Shown: positions 1 to 9,161, counted from the stretch's first letter. The stretch: 64,000 nt of DNA from Pyrinomonadaceae bacterium (GCA_036522655.1 DATDFK010000004.1:12805-76804); one strand, 5' to 3'. Notes: generated by a model not told the origin, from the letters alone. Translations and numbers: made by a program.

Positions 1-627
1 GCGTACGTTGCCGGTCGCCGTGTATGAATCGTCGACGGCGATGGGCGTCGCCCTGACCGAGCCGGGCACTACCGTCGTGTTGTTGTCCGGGGTATCGGTA
101 AAGACCACGTCCGTGGCATCCGTCGTGCCGTTGTTGGTGATCGTCACGGTGTAGGTCAGGGTGTCGCCCGGATTGGCGATGCCGTCGTTGTTAACGTCGC
201 CCGTGAGCGTATCGCGTTTGGTCGCCGTGATCGAGGGAAGCAACAGGGTGGGCAGGACACTGAGCCTGGCCGCTCTGTGGCTGAGCCTGAGCTGGTGGCC
301 GTCATCCGTCCTCACGCTCGCGCCGCCCTTGAGCAGCGTGGCGAAGAGACTCTGGAAAGTCCTGGCTTCCGACTTCGTGTGCGTCGCCGCCGAAGCCCTG
401 TTCACTTCCGCGCGGGGAAGGGAAGCGGGCGCGCCAACGTCAGTCGGGTTGATCGAGGGCTCGTTCTTCGTGATCGTATCACTCGAATGCACGGAGATGG
501 ACGACACGGAAAACACCATTCCCCCCAGTGTGACTACGGCAAGCAGCGTGACCAGCAGCGATTGCCTGGCGGACTGTCTTGTCTTAGTTGGCTTAGAGGG
601 GGATTTGCGGGATGGGTCGTGAAGCAT
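1..627 (-). CDS. Partial CDS (N-terminal part; runs off window start): secreted DUF11 (conserved repeat domain) surface protein
   Basis: Hand-translated minus frame from ATG at 627..625 is open to position 1 (not in ORF track because truncated). AAGGAG ribosome-binding site about 10 nt upstream. N-terminal signal peptide KTRQSARQSLLVTLLAVVTLGGMVFSVSS, then DUF11-like block PGDTLTYTVTITNNGTTDATDVVFTDTP. Confidence 0.6.
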   Translation of the reverse strand, partial: MLHDPSRKSPSKPTKTRQSARQSLLVTLLAVVTLGGMVFSVSSISVHSSDTITKNEPSINPTDVGAPASLPRAEVNRASAATHTKSEARTFQSLFATLLKGGASVRTDDGHQLRLSHRAARLSVLPTLLLPSITATKRDTLTGDVNNDGIANPGDTLTYTVTITNNGTTDATDVVFTDTPDNNTTVVPGSVRATPIAVDDSYTATGNVR

Positions 628-890
628 TAGGAGAACTCCTTCCAGAAAAGGCACTGCGCATGGAATCGCAGTGCGGGGGATGTTGACGAGCCGACCGAGC
701 GGGAGAGTCTCACGCTATGAAAGCGTCGCTCCAATCTGGCCTGATGAATGCTGATTGATGATGCTATTGACGTACGTTGAATCAGTGGTCTGGTCTGATT
801 ACTGGATTCAACGTACGTCGGCACAGGTGACTATACTGAAGGGTTGCAGCTAAATACTGTTGCTGGCAACTACTACTTCGGTGGCCGCCC

Positions 891-1409
891 TTAGGGCCTC
901 GCAGGAAATACTCCTTGCAGAGCGATACAGAAACTCAGGGTCAGGTACGGCTGCATATTATTGTGCGGTTGATCACCGCCCGCAGGGGTCAAGGTTTCCG
1001 GGGCCATCATGACGAGATTGGCCGCCGCAGCGTAAGCGTTGCCGTTCGCCGATCTGGTCATCGCAAACCCGTTCGCCAGGTTGCTTTCGGCGGGCGGAAC
1101 CGCGCCCAGCATGGTGTGTGAATGCGATGGTATCTCGGATTCCAGTAGCGTCACGTACTCCACCCCACTCTGCTCGCCTAGAAAGTGCTGTGAGAGCCCG
1201 GGGCCCTGCCCCCAGAACATCGGCGCGCTGCCCTGCAAATTGGGGAGCGCGAAGGTTGATTTGCCGTCGCCCCCGTAGAACGTTCCGACGAGCGAGAAGA
1301 GGGCCGTGTTTTGCGAGATCGGCAATAACTGCCCGTTACAAAAAGCCCAGCCTTTCGGGGCGAAGTAGAAAGGGAAGATTCTGATTTCAGCGACAAAAGG
1401 ATCAGCCAT
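891..1409 (-). CDS. Phage tail collar domain protein (MdpB-like), paralogue 3 of tandem triplet
   Basis: ORF 891..1472 trimmed to internal Met (MADPFVAEIRIFPF..) with AAGGAGA ribosome-binding site. Conserved collar motif CNGQLLPISQNTALFSLVGTFYGGDGKSTFALPNLQG. Confidence 0.8.
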   Translation of the reverse strand: MADPFVAEIRIFPFYFAPKGWAFCNGQLLPISQNTALFSLVGTFYGGDGKSTFALPNLQGSAPMFWGQGPGLSQHFLGEQSGVEYVTLLESEIPSHSHTMLGAVPPAESNLANGFAMTRSANGNAYAAAANLVMMAPETLTPAGGDQPHNNMQPYLTLSFCIALQGVFPARP

Positions 1410-1420
1410 AAGAGTTCTCC

Positions 1421-1927
1421 TTACGATGGTGGCGGGTAAATCCCGAAGAGCGAGATGATAAAGGTGACGCACAGGTACGGCTGGAAGTTGGTGTGCGGCT
1501 GGCTGCCGCCGACCGGGCCGACTGCCAGGGGACTAAAGGGCGTCCCGGGATTTCCGCCACCGATGAAGATGTCAACGCTGGTTGACTTCCCGACGACGTT
1601 GTCCTGCGGCTGGGGGGAGTCGGCGACCGTTTCGGTTGCCAGCATCGGATGAGTGTGTGACGGTATCTGCTGAGTGGTCAGCGTCACCGATTCGACTCCT
1701 GCCTGCTCGGCCAGGGTAAAGTTGTTACCTTGATGGATGGGGATGCGGCCTTGCAGGTCTGGGAGCGCGAAGGTCGATTCACCATCGCCGCCGTAGGTCG
1801 TGCCGATTAACTGGAAGAGTATTTCGTTCTCGGAAATCGGGAGCAATTGTCCGGCGCAAGTCATCCATCCTGCGGGCGGAAAGCTGCCTGCGAACATTCT
1901 AATCTCACCAACATAGGGTTGGGCCAT
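1421..1927 (-). CDS. Phage tail collar domain protein (MdpB-like), paralogue 2
   Basis: ORF 1421..2143 trimmed to Met at 1927 (MAQPYVGEIRMFAG..) preceded by GGAGGAA ribosome-binding site. Motif CAGQLLPISENEILFQLIGTTYGGDGESTFALPDLQGR. Confidence 0.8.
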   Translation of the reverse strand: MAQPYVGEIRMFAGSFPPAGWMTCAGQLLPISENEILFQLIGTTYGGDGESTFALPDLQGRIPIHQGNNFTLAEQAGVESVTLTTQQIPSHTHPMLATETVADSPQPQDNVVGKSTSVDIFIGGGNPGTPFSPLAVGPVGGSQPHTNFQPYLCVTFIISLFGIYPPPS

Positions 1928-1937
1928 AAGTTCCTCC

Positions 1938-2441
1938 TTAGTTCTGGCTTGGGAAGATTCCCTGAAGGGCAATACAGAAGTTGAGCACCAGATAAGGCTG
2001 CATGTTTTGATGCGCCTGGCTTCCGCCGGTGTTCGAGATAGTGGTCGGATTGAGCGCCACCAGAGAACTAGCCCCCACGTACAGCTCGTTCGGCGCGATG
2101 TTAGCCAGAACATTACCGGCGACCGTGTTCGTCGTGCCGCCATTGTTCGTCGCGTTGGCGGTATGCACGTGCGTCGGCAGCTCTGAGATCGTCAGCGTGT
2201 GGGCTTGTTCTCCGCCCGCTTCGCCGAGCGTATGACTATCGCTCGTGTGAATCGGCGTCCGACCTCGCAAGTCCGGCAGCGCAAAAGTCGTTTGACCGTT
2301 GCCGCCGTAGCGCGTGCCGAGCAGCGAGAACAATGCCTGGTTCTGGTTGATCGGCAAGAACTGGCCGTTGCATTGCGCCCAGCTTTTCGGCGCATAGGCA
2401 AAACTCATAATCCTGATTTCGCTGAGAAAGGGTTCAGCCAT
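1938..2441 (-). CDS. Phage tail collar domain protein (MdpB-like), paralogue 1
   Basis: MAEPFLSEIRIMSFAYAPKSWAQCNGQFLPINQNQALFSLLGTRYGGNGQTTFALPDLRGR is the canonical tail-collar N-terminus. AAGGAGAG ribosome-binding site upstream. Confidence 0.85.
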   Translation of the reverse strand: MAEPFLSEIRIMSFAYAPKSWAQCNGQFLPINQNQALFSLLGTRYGGNGQTTFALPDLRGRTPIHTSDSHTLGEAGGEQAHTLTISELPTHVHTANATNNGGTTNTVAGNVLANIAPNELYVGASSLVALNPTTISNTGGSQAHQNMQPYLVLNFCIALQGIFPSQN

Positions 2442-2781
2442 AATCGTCTCTCCTTTTTATGCTATAGAGGTCAGATGGATTCTTACGGGTAATAAAATGA
2501 AGGATGAAAAGCTGGCTTTCCAGACCAGTGCAGAACTCGTTGCACCAATTTACGAGGCTTGATTGTTTGTGCCCTTGTTTGAATGCTTGGAAAAACTCAA
2601 GTGGCAATCTTGCTCAGGCCAGAACGAAATTGAAAGCGCGCGTACGATAGTGCAGGTCTCCCGTAGATGTCAAGCGCTTTTTTTGCTGACGACCGCAAGG
2701 CATGGATAAGCCTTCGGCAAAGTGGGCCCAAAGGAGACGGGTCGGCAAAGTTCAGCGGGCGGCGCGCGCCTTCGCGCGCCG

Positions 2782-4383
2782 CTATGGGCCCAGACGCTTG
2801 GCCGCCGTCTTGATACGCTGGCCGAAAATCTCCGTCACCCTCCTCATCGTCGGGCCCGGCAACTCGTCGCCATCCCATACGGCCAGGTATTCACCGCCGG
2901 CCTTGTTGTAAGCGACGGCTGCCAGGTTGACTGCGCGGTCTTTAGCGACCGAGGCGATGTTCGAGATTTGAAAATCGGCGTCGATCTCCGTTCCCGTCAG
3001 GCTCACGCGCTGACCGAAAATCTCCGACGGAACATCCCTACGTATGCCACGCCACACGACCAGATACTCTTTGTCCAAGCTATTAAATGCGACGCGCGGA
3101 TTATCGGCCCTGTCCCTGAAGCTGCCCGGCGTATTCGAGATACGAAAGTCGTTGGGCCCAACCTCACCGAGCGTCGCGGCGTTGATCCTTTGGCCGAAGA
3201 CTTCGTTGGCCTGAACGTTATCGACGCCCGCCACGGCGTTGGCCTGAAACACGACCAGATATTCATTGCTGCTGCTGTTGTAGACGACCTGCGGGGCGCT
3301 GGCGTCGCGGTCGCTGCCGACGTTCGTGGAGACTTGAGAGACGAGGAAATCGCCATTGCCCTTGCCAAGCTGCGCGCCCTGCGCGCTGAGTCCCTGGGCC
3401 CAAATCTCATTTTGCGACTTGACCTTGGAGGGGCCAGACCAGACGACCAGATATTGATTGCCGGTGCTGTTGTAGGCGACCTGCGGGCTGTTGGCGTTGA
3501 ACTCCGCGCCCTGCTCGGTCGTGTTCGAGATGCGAAAGTTTTTGCCGACGGGGCCGCCCGCGCCGTCCAGAAGCTGCCCGAAAACCTCAAGCCTGATGAC
3601 CTCATCGGGCAAGCCCATAGCATCCCAGACCACCAGATACTGATTGTCGGCGCTGTTCCATGCCACGTCCGCGTGGGAACTGGCGCGTGTGAAGACATCG
3701 TTGATCTTGCCCAGCTCGGTCGCGCTGGAGATACGGAAATCCTTGCCCAGCTCGCCCCCCGTGCGATTCAAACGCTGGCCGTAGATTTCCGAAACCTCGG
3801 CGGGCGCATCCTGTGGGCCAGTCCCGTGCCACACGACCAGATACTCGTGCGAAGTGCTGTTATACACAGCCTTCGGGCCAAAGGCCGCGCGGTCTTTACC
3901 TCCGTCCGAGATGTTCGAGATACGAAAATCCGCGCCGACGGGAGCGCCCGTCGCGGCACTCACGCGCCGACCCAGAATCTCGTCGGCCTTGCCCATCTTC
4001 GACCCGCTCAGGCCGTTGCCCGACCACACGACCAGATATTCGTTGTCCTCCGCGTTGTAAGTGATGGCGGGAGACGCGGCGTCGCGGTCTGGCCCGGCGG
4101 CCGATACCTGCGAGATGCGAAAGTTGGGCCCAACCAGTAGGTCTGCATTCTGCGCAGCCTCTTTGCGCAGGGCGACGCGCCCCGTGGTGAAAGCCGCGCT
4201 CGCGCCCTGGCCTTCGATGCTGCGAGCGCAGCTTGAGATGAGGCGGCGACCTGAGCCTGAGACGACGGACAATGCTACGCCCAGCATTATTGCCGGGAGC
4301 GAGACGAAAAGCATTGACCGCTGGCGTGTGGTTATCTTCCTCGCCCCTGGGCGAGCTTCTCTTCCAGATATAATGGGAAGCAT
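2782..4383 (-). CDS. Secreted tandem-repeat protein (about 7-8 copies of a roughly 60-aa unit with ..EYLVVW.. and ..EIFGQR..DFRISN.. motifs)
   Basis: Signal peptide MLFVSLPAIMLGVALSVVSG (alternative start Met at 4314). Third-position GC in a sampled 60-nt stretch is 17/20 in this frame versus 9/20 for the overlapping plus ORF 2722..4140, so the minus strand is the coding strand. Confidence 0.65.
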   Translation of the reverse strand: MLPIISGREARPGARKITTRQRSMLFVSLPAIMLGVALSVVSGSGRRLISSCARSIEGQGASAAFTTGRVALRKEAAQNADLLVGPNFRISQVSAAGPDRDAASPAITYNAEDNEYLVVWSGNGLSGSKMGKADEILGRRVSAATGAPVGADFRISNISDGGKDRAAFGPKAVYNSTSHEYLVVWHGTGPQDAPAEVSEIYGQRLNRTGGELGKDFRISSATELGKINDVFTRASSHADVAWNSADNQYLVVWDAMGLPDEVIRLEVFGQLLDGAGGPVGKNFRISNTTEQGAEFNANSPQVAYNSTGNQYLVVWSGPSKVKSQNEIWAQGLSAQGAQLGKGNGDFLVSQVSTNVGSDRDASAPQVVYNSSSNEYLVVFQANAVAGVDNVQANEVFGQRINAATLGEVGPNDFRISNTPGSFRDRADNPRVAFNSLDKEYLVVWRGIRRDVPSEIFGQRVSLTGTEIDADFQISNIASVAKDRAVNLAAVAYNKAGGEYLAVWDGDELPGPTMRRVTEIFGQRIKTAAKRLGP

Positions 4384-4880
4384 CAGTGCTCTCCTGCAAA
4401 GAAATTGGCAATCGTCTGCGACTGCCGGGTGACGCGGCTCATGTCAGTCGTCGCCTGCGTGACGGAGATGAGCCGCATCCGTTTGCAGACCGCGAAAAAA
4501 ACCGGGCTCGTGTGTGCGTGACCCGTCACGCGCGCCGGTAAATCTTCAATCGTCGTATTCTCAACCGTATTGGCCCAAAATTGGCCCACGCGGCGCGCAC
4601 CCGGCGGGGCTTTGGATGCGTGGGCCAGACAAGCTAAATCATCGACGCAGCAAAAAACAAATTGACGGGGAAACAATTTGCTGTTAGAAGTCTTCGGCGC
4701 AGTCACACCGTTGGGATGTTGCGGGCAGGCAAATGGCCCCGGCCTTGGTGGCTGTACCAACCTGGAAGCACCTGATCGTAGAATTCATCGCCGGAGTTTG
4801 AATCAAACATCTGCCAACGCGCAAAACGTGTGTGCCTCGCGTAAATCCCTAAAAGATAACTTATCTGAGGAGACCCCCCT

Positions 4881-5357
4881 ATGTTTATTTCGCGACGTAA
4901 GTTTATTCAGGCTGGCTCCGTGATTGCATTAGCCGCCGGATTCCCCCTGAAGAACGCCCTGACTGCGACCGAAGAGCGCACAGGCGCACCCCAATCAAAT
5001 CCTGCCAAGGGAATTGCAGGCGCTTCCACTGAAGCTCCGGCGCGTCCGCTTGTGTTTCTTTCCCAAGGCACGTTTGCACCCTATCTCAACACGGCCTTCA
5101 TGATTCAATCCAAACACATGAAGGCGGTCGAAGTTAAACTGGTGCAGGTCAACAGCACTGGGCCCATTCCTGATCGGCCAGCGCCGGGCAAGGAATGTTT
5201 CTCGCTCGTCTTTCGCGGCCAGCAGAACATTTCGCAGGATGTCTATACGTTTCAGCACCCCGCGCTCGGAAAGTTCGATCTGCTTCTGGTTCCCGTCGGC
5301 AAGGAAAAGAGAGGTAAGGGCCTGCTTTACGAAGCCGTCATTAACCGGCTCAATTAA
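4881..5357 (+). CDS. Small exported protein of unknown function with Tat-type signal (SRRKFIQAG); paralogue of 7058..7357
   Basis: C-terminal 95 aa align with ORF 7058..7357 (FSLVFRG..VYTFQH..FDLLLVPVGKEKRGKGLLYEAVINRLN versus FSLIFSG..IYSFEH..FEMFIVPIRRDENGFKYQAIINRPL). Confidence 0.55.
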   Translation: MFISRRKFIQAGSVIALAAGFPLKNALTATEERTGAPQSNPAKGIAGASTEAPARPLVFLSQGTFAPYLNTAFMIQSKHMKAVEVKLVQVNSTGPIPDRPAPGKECFSLVFRGQQNISQDVYTFQHPALGKFDLLLVPVGKEKRGKGLLYEAVINRLN

Positions 5358-5554
5358 TAGTCCGGGCGGTTTTGTGCGTCCGGTTGCGACTCAAACCTTA
5401 ATTCTAAATTCCACACATAGCCGGTCTCAGATGTAGGGCTTTAGTCTATCGTCCAAGAGCAACGTCTGTCCGCCGGACTCGCCTGGCAACATTCTCCCGC
5501 TTGCAAGGAGCAGAGGGCGAAAGTTTGCCGCAGGGCAGGCGTGTGCCCGAGGCG

Positions 5555-6034
5555 TCACACGGCGGGCTGCCACTGCATCAGTAGATAAAAGTCATGCTCG
5601 CCGACCTTGGCAAAACCCAAACGCTCAAAGAGACGCAAGGCAGGATTGAAGCTCTCGACATAGATGCGCAGCGGCTTTCCTACACGGGCCGCTTCGTCCA
5701 TCAGGTCTTTGATGATGGACGTGCCGACACCGCGCCCGCGCGCTTCTGAGAGAAGCGCAATATCCACAATCCGAATCTCCTGATCGAGATGCGCGACGTA
5801 GAGTCGTCCGATCGGGCGCTCATCGGAAAGAATAAGCTGGTGTTCGGCATCAGGGTACCGGGCCTTGTAGTGCTGTTGCTGCGCGGCCAGTTGCATCTTC
5901 AGAAACGCTTCCTTCTGAGCTTCCGTCCAGGGCACGGGGGCGAGTTCCTCGCTGCGCGTGCTGCCGTAGACTTTGACCAGGAAAGCTTCGTCTTCTTGCC
6001 CGACGGGGCGAAAGCTGATTGACATAAGGGCCAT
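5555..6034 (-). CDS. GNAT family N-acetyltransferase
   Basis: Acetyl-CoA binding block IVDIALLSEARGRGVGTSIIKDLMDEA..FERLGF. Paralogue of 7410..7901. Confidence 0.8.
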   Translation of the reverse strand: MALMSISFRPVGQEDEAFLVKVYGSTRSEELAPVPWTEAQKEAFLKMQLAAQQQHYKARYPDAEHQLILSDERPIGRLYVAHLDQEIRIVDIALLSEARGRGVGTSIIKDLMDEAARVGKPLRIYVESFNPALRLFERLGFAKVGEHDFYLLMQWQPAV

Positions 6035-6051
6035 CTCGGTTCAGTTCTTGA

Positions 6052-6993
6052 TTAATAGATATAAGACTTGCGAGTTCTGATGCCGACGTTCGGGCGGTCG
6101 ACCTTGATCTTGAGCTGGCGCTCGGCCAAGCGCCGCGCCGATTCCTTGGGATAGTATCCGATGCTGTACTGGTGACGCAGTTCTTCGGCGACGGCGACAA
6201 AGGCACGCTTGACCATCTCTATATCATCGGCCTGATAGAAATGGCCGCCGGTTTTTTCCGCCAGCGAGCTGAGATACGTGGCGGAAGGCGAAGACCCGTA
6301 ATGAATCGTGTAGACGAGCGCGTCCAGCTCCGTGGCATCGCGCAGCGTGCCCGAGACGGTCGCCTTGCTCCAGGTATCGTCGCCGTCCGTGAACAGGATA
6401 ATGGCCTTGCGGCCACGAATGCGCTTGAGCAACTGGTAAGCGAAATCAACCGCGTCATAGAGCCTCGTGCCGTTGTTTCCCTCGTCAGTCCGCATCTTCT
6501 CAAGCGCGGCTTTGAGCGCCTGGCGATTGCTCGTGCGGTTGTAGAGCAGGGGATGCAGCAGGCCGTCGAAGGTGATCGGAAGCACAGAGTCTTTATCACG
6601 CAGTTGAGCGATAAAAGCCGAAGCCGCCTCCTTGATCTGATCCATGTAAGTGATCGTTGAAGAGCTGCTATCCATCAGCATCACGACGGAGAAGGGCTGT
6701 TCGACATTGCTGAAATGGGAGATCGGCTGCTCCGCGCCGTCTTCGTAGATGTGAAAGTCTTCCTGCTTCAGATCAAAGATATACCTGCCGTCGCGATCCA
6801 TCACACTGACGGGCACGGAGACGAGGTTGGTCGTGACTCGCAGCACCTCGTCTTCGCCTATCTCTTCGCCGGAAGCTTGGGGCGGCGCGGCGGGCTTCGT
6901 CGCCTGGCCCTGCGGCGGGCGAGCCTGCGCGCGCAGCGTGGATTGAGTCGCGGCCACAAAAATCATGAGCAGGGCGCAGGCTAGGACTTTCAT
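6052..6993 (-). CDS. Secreted von Willebrand factor type A (VWA) domain protein
   Basis: Signal peptide MKVLACALLMIFVAATQSTLRAQA. VWA-like core VVMLMDSSSS..ILFTDGDDT. Confidence 0.8.
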   Translation of the reverse strand: MKVLACALLMIFVAATQSTLRAQARPPQGQATKPAAPPQASGEEIGEDEVLRVTTNLVSVPVSVMDRDGRYIFDLKQEDFHIYEDGAEQPISHFSNVEQPFSVVMLMDSSSSTITYMDQIKEAASAFIAQLRDKDSVLPITFDGLLHPLLYNRTSNRQALKAALEKMRTDEGNNGTRLYDAVDFAYQLLKRIRGRKAIILFTDGDDTWSKATVSGTLRDATELDALVYTIHYGSSPSATYLSSLAEKTGGHFYQADDIEMVKRAFVAVAEELRHQYSIGYYPKESARRLAERQLKIKVDRPNVGIRTRKSYIY

Positions 6994-7057
6994 TGATTAC
7001 TTAATCCTTAAGGATGGATGCATCCCCGTAGGCTGTACGCTCGAATAGAGAGAGATG

Positions 7058-7357
7058 CTAGAGCGGGCGGTTGATGATGGCCTGGTATTTGAACCCGTTC
7101 TCGTCTCGCCGGATGGGCACGATGAACATTTCGAACGTGCCGATCCCGTCGTGCTCGAAGCTGTAGATGGCCTGTTCGAGAAAAGAGTTCAGCGGGCCGC
7201 TGAAGATGAGCGAGAACTGCTCGTAGCCGGGGACTGTGCCCGTGCTCTCCGCTTCGATCAGTTGCAGCTCAACCGCGTCGGCGGAAGGCTCACGCCTGAC
7301 TGAAAACTTTGAGTTCAGGTGCTCGGAGAACGTTTCCAGGTGTAACTTATCCAGCAT
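7058..7357 (-). CDS. Small protein of unknown function, paralogue of 4881..5357 (no signal peptide)
   Basis: Alignment with C-terminal region of ORF 4881..5357. Lies 53 nt downstream of GNAT gene on same strand. Confidence 0.55.
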   Translation of the reverse strand: MLDKLHLETFSEHLNSKFSVRREPSADAVELQLIEAESTGTVPGYEQFSLIFSGPLNSFLEQAIYSFEHDGIGTFEMFIVPIRRDENGFKYQAIINRPL

Positions 7358-7409
7358 TAATCTATAACCTCTCCTCTTGTGTAGATGATTGACGAATCAA
7401 GGATGCACG

Positions 7410-7901
7410 TCATCTGCTGACGGGATGCCACTCCATTTGCAGGTGTGTTTCGTTCTCGCCGTCCATAGAGAATCCCAGGCGCTCGTAGAGGCGTGCGGCG
7501 TCGCGGTTCGATTTCAGTACCCGCAGGCGCACGGGCAAGCCTCTCGTCCCGGCTTCGGCGCAGAGGTCTTTAATCAAAGAAGCGCCGAGCCCGCGATTGC
7601 GATACTGCGGCAGCAGGACGATGTCTGCGAGCCTGATCTCCTCGTCCGCGCCGATGACAATCATCCTGCCGACCGGCTGGTCGCCGAGGGTGATAATCCT
7701 GTGCTCGGCATCAGGGTATTGCATACGATAGAAACCCTGCTGGCCGTTGAACTGCAATCGTAGGAAAGCTTCCTGCTGTGCCGCGTCCCAGCCCCAGGCG
7801 GCCAATTCGTCGGCGCGCGTGCTGCTGTAGAGTTCAAACAGGAACGGCTCATCGCCCGGCTCGACCGGGCGAAGGGCTACGGGCATCTGATCAGTGGACA
7901 T
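7410..7901 (-). CDS. GNAT family N-acetyltransferase (second copy)
   Basis: ORF 7410..8042 trimmed to Met at 7901 (MSTDQMPVALRPVEPGDEPFLFELYSSTRADEL..). Motif LADIVLLPQYRNRGLGASLIKDLCAEA..YERLGF. About 50% identical by eye to 5555..6034. Confidence 0.75.
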   Translation of the reverse strand: MSTDQMPVALRPVEPGDEPFLFELYSSTRADELAAWGWDAAQQEAFLRLQFNGQQGFYRMQYPDAEHRIITLGDQPVGRMIVIGADEEIRLADIVLLPQYRNRGLGASLIKDLCAEAGTRGLPVRLRVLKSNRDAARLYERLGFSMDGENETHLQMEWHPVSR

Positions 7902-8082
7902 GATTGCAACGGATGCGGAAGTGCTCTTCGGACGATGATTGATTTTAAGAATAAAGCCCCGAGTGGGCCCGGAAGCCCGCTTCGCGCGAGCATGAATCTT
8001 CCATGTGAAACCCGCCGCAACTATAAAACATAGATGCCGCATTCAACAAATAGAGCACTCGCGCGAGACCGTAAAATAGAAT

Positions 8083-8112
8083 GAAGGAGCGATCACGATT
8101 GATCGCTCCTTC
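8083..8112 (-). terminator. Probable rho-independent terminator for the metalloprotease gene (minus strand)
   Basis: Perfect 13-bp stem GAAGGAGCGATCA/TGATCGCTCCTTC with 4-nt loop, followed on the minus strand by ATTCTATTTTA. Confidence 0.4.
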
Positions 8113-8174
8113 AAATTCGCCTCACAGGCTCTCGGCGCTGATTCGTGCTCGGACTCTTACGAGTCGCGCCCCTT

Positions 8175-9161
8175 TTATCTATCGCGCCTTGCCAGGGCGT
8201 CCATCAAGACAAGCTGCTCGATTCTGACGGGCCGCTGTGACTGTGCCGACGGGCGGCTCGCATGATGACTCGCGCTCGCTTGCGCCGCCACCGCAGGCTT
8301 AACGACCGGCGCGGGAGATGTCGTTGTCGCCATGACGACGCTCTGTGGCTGAGCTTGTTCCTGGGGCTTGACGGCCTGGGCGTTTGCGCCCGCGAGCGCC
8401 AGCCGCTGTGTCACGCCCGCGTAGCCCGCCGAGACGCGCGCGACATCGCAGGAGGTGGGCTTTGCAGCCATCTTATTGCGCGGCGCGAGGAAAGAGAATT
8501 TCCCGAACGCATACTTGTTGACGGAGTTCATGACGGTCGTATCGCTGGCGCATTCCTCGCAATCGTCCAACCCGAAGGCATGGCCCAGCTCATGCGTCAG
8601 CAGCATCCGCAACAGCACGGTCTTGTGCACGTCGCTTTTAATATTGATGACGGCCTTTTGATAAAGATTGCCCTGGGTTGAAAGCAGCATCAGGGCCGCG
8701 AAGGTTCCGCCCATATTGGCCTTGCGCTTGACGATAATGCAGTGGGTGCAATTGTTGTCCGCAATCTCGCCGCCCATCCTCAGATCGATGCCCGTGCCGG
8801 ACTGCGGCAGCACGGCCTGCCATAAGCGTATCGATTCCTGAAAGGCCGCGACCTCTTCGGGCGAGAAATCACCACGCCTGAGCATGACGCGCAGGCTTGA
8901 GTTGGGCATGAAGCGAGCGCCGATCACATCGGGCGCATTACGGTTGCACTCACACGAGGAGGGAGATGTCCGAGCGCCCGTCCCCGTGCTCGCGAAGAGG
9001 CAGAGCAGGGGCAAAGCGAGGAATGCTAAGAGCAGTCTGGCGCTTGCTCTGAAGGTGAATGCCGAAGGTGGGATTGAATGGAAAAGACGAAGGGTGTGGC
9101 GCTTGGGCCTGGATATGTTTGTCAATTGCGGAACCTCACTTCGGTAGCCGAACGATCTCAA
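8175..9161 (-). CDS. Secreted zinc metalloprotease, metzincin-like with HEXXHXXGXXD motif (snapalysin-type ligand arrangement)
   Basis: LLTHELGHAFGLDDCEEC. Hydrophobic signal-like segment ARLLLAFLALPLLCLFASTG. Low-complexity Ala/Pro/Gln-rich C-terminus. Exact start uncertain. Confidence 0.7.
   Translation of the reverse strand: MRSFGYRSEVPQLTNISRPKRHTLRLFHSIPPSAFTFRASARLLLAFLALPLLCLFASTGTGARTSPSSCECNRNAPDVIGARFMPNSSLRVMLRRGDFSPEEVAAFQESIRLWQAVLPQSGTGIDLRMGGEIADNNCTHCIIVKRKANMGGTFAALMLLSTQGNLYQKAVINIKSDVHKTVLLRMLLTHELGHAFGLDDCEECASDTTVMNSVNKYAFGKFSFLAPRNKMAAKPTSCDVARVSAGYAGVTQRLALAGANAQAVKPQEQAQPQSVVMATTTSPAPVVKPAVAAQASASHHASRPSAQSQRPVRIEQLVLMDALARRDR

Noticed and set aside
2722-4140. 472-aa plus-strand ORF over the repeat-protein locus
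   Set aside because: Antisense shadow of 2782..4383. Low third-position GC (9/20 vs 17/20), no signal peptide, and its repetitiveness simply mirrors the sense-strand repeats.
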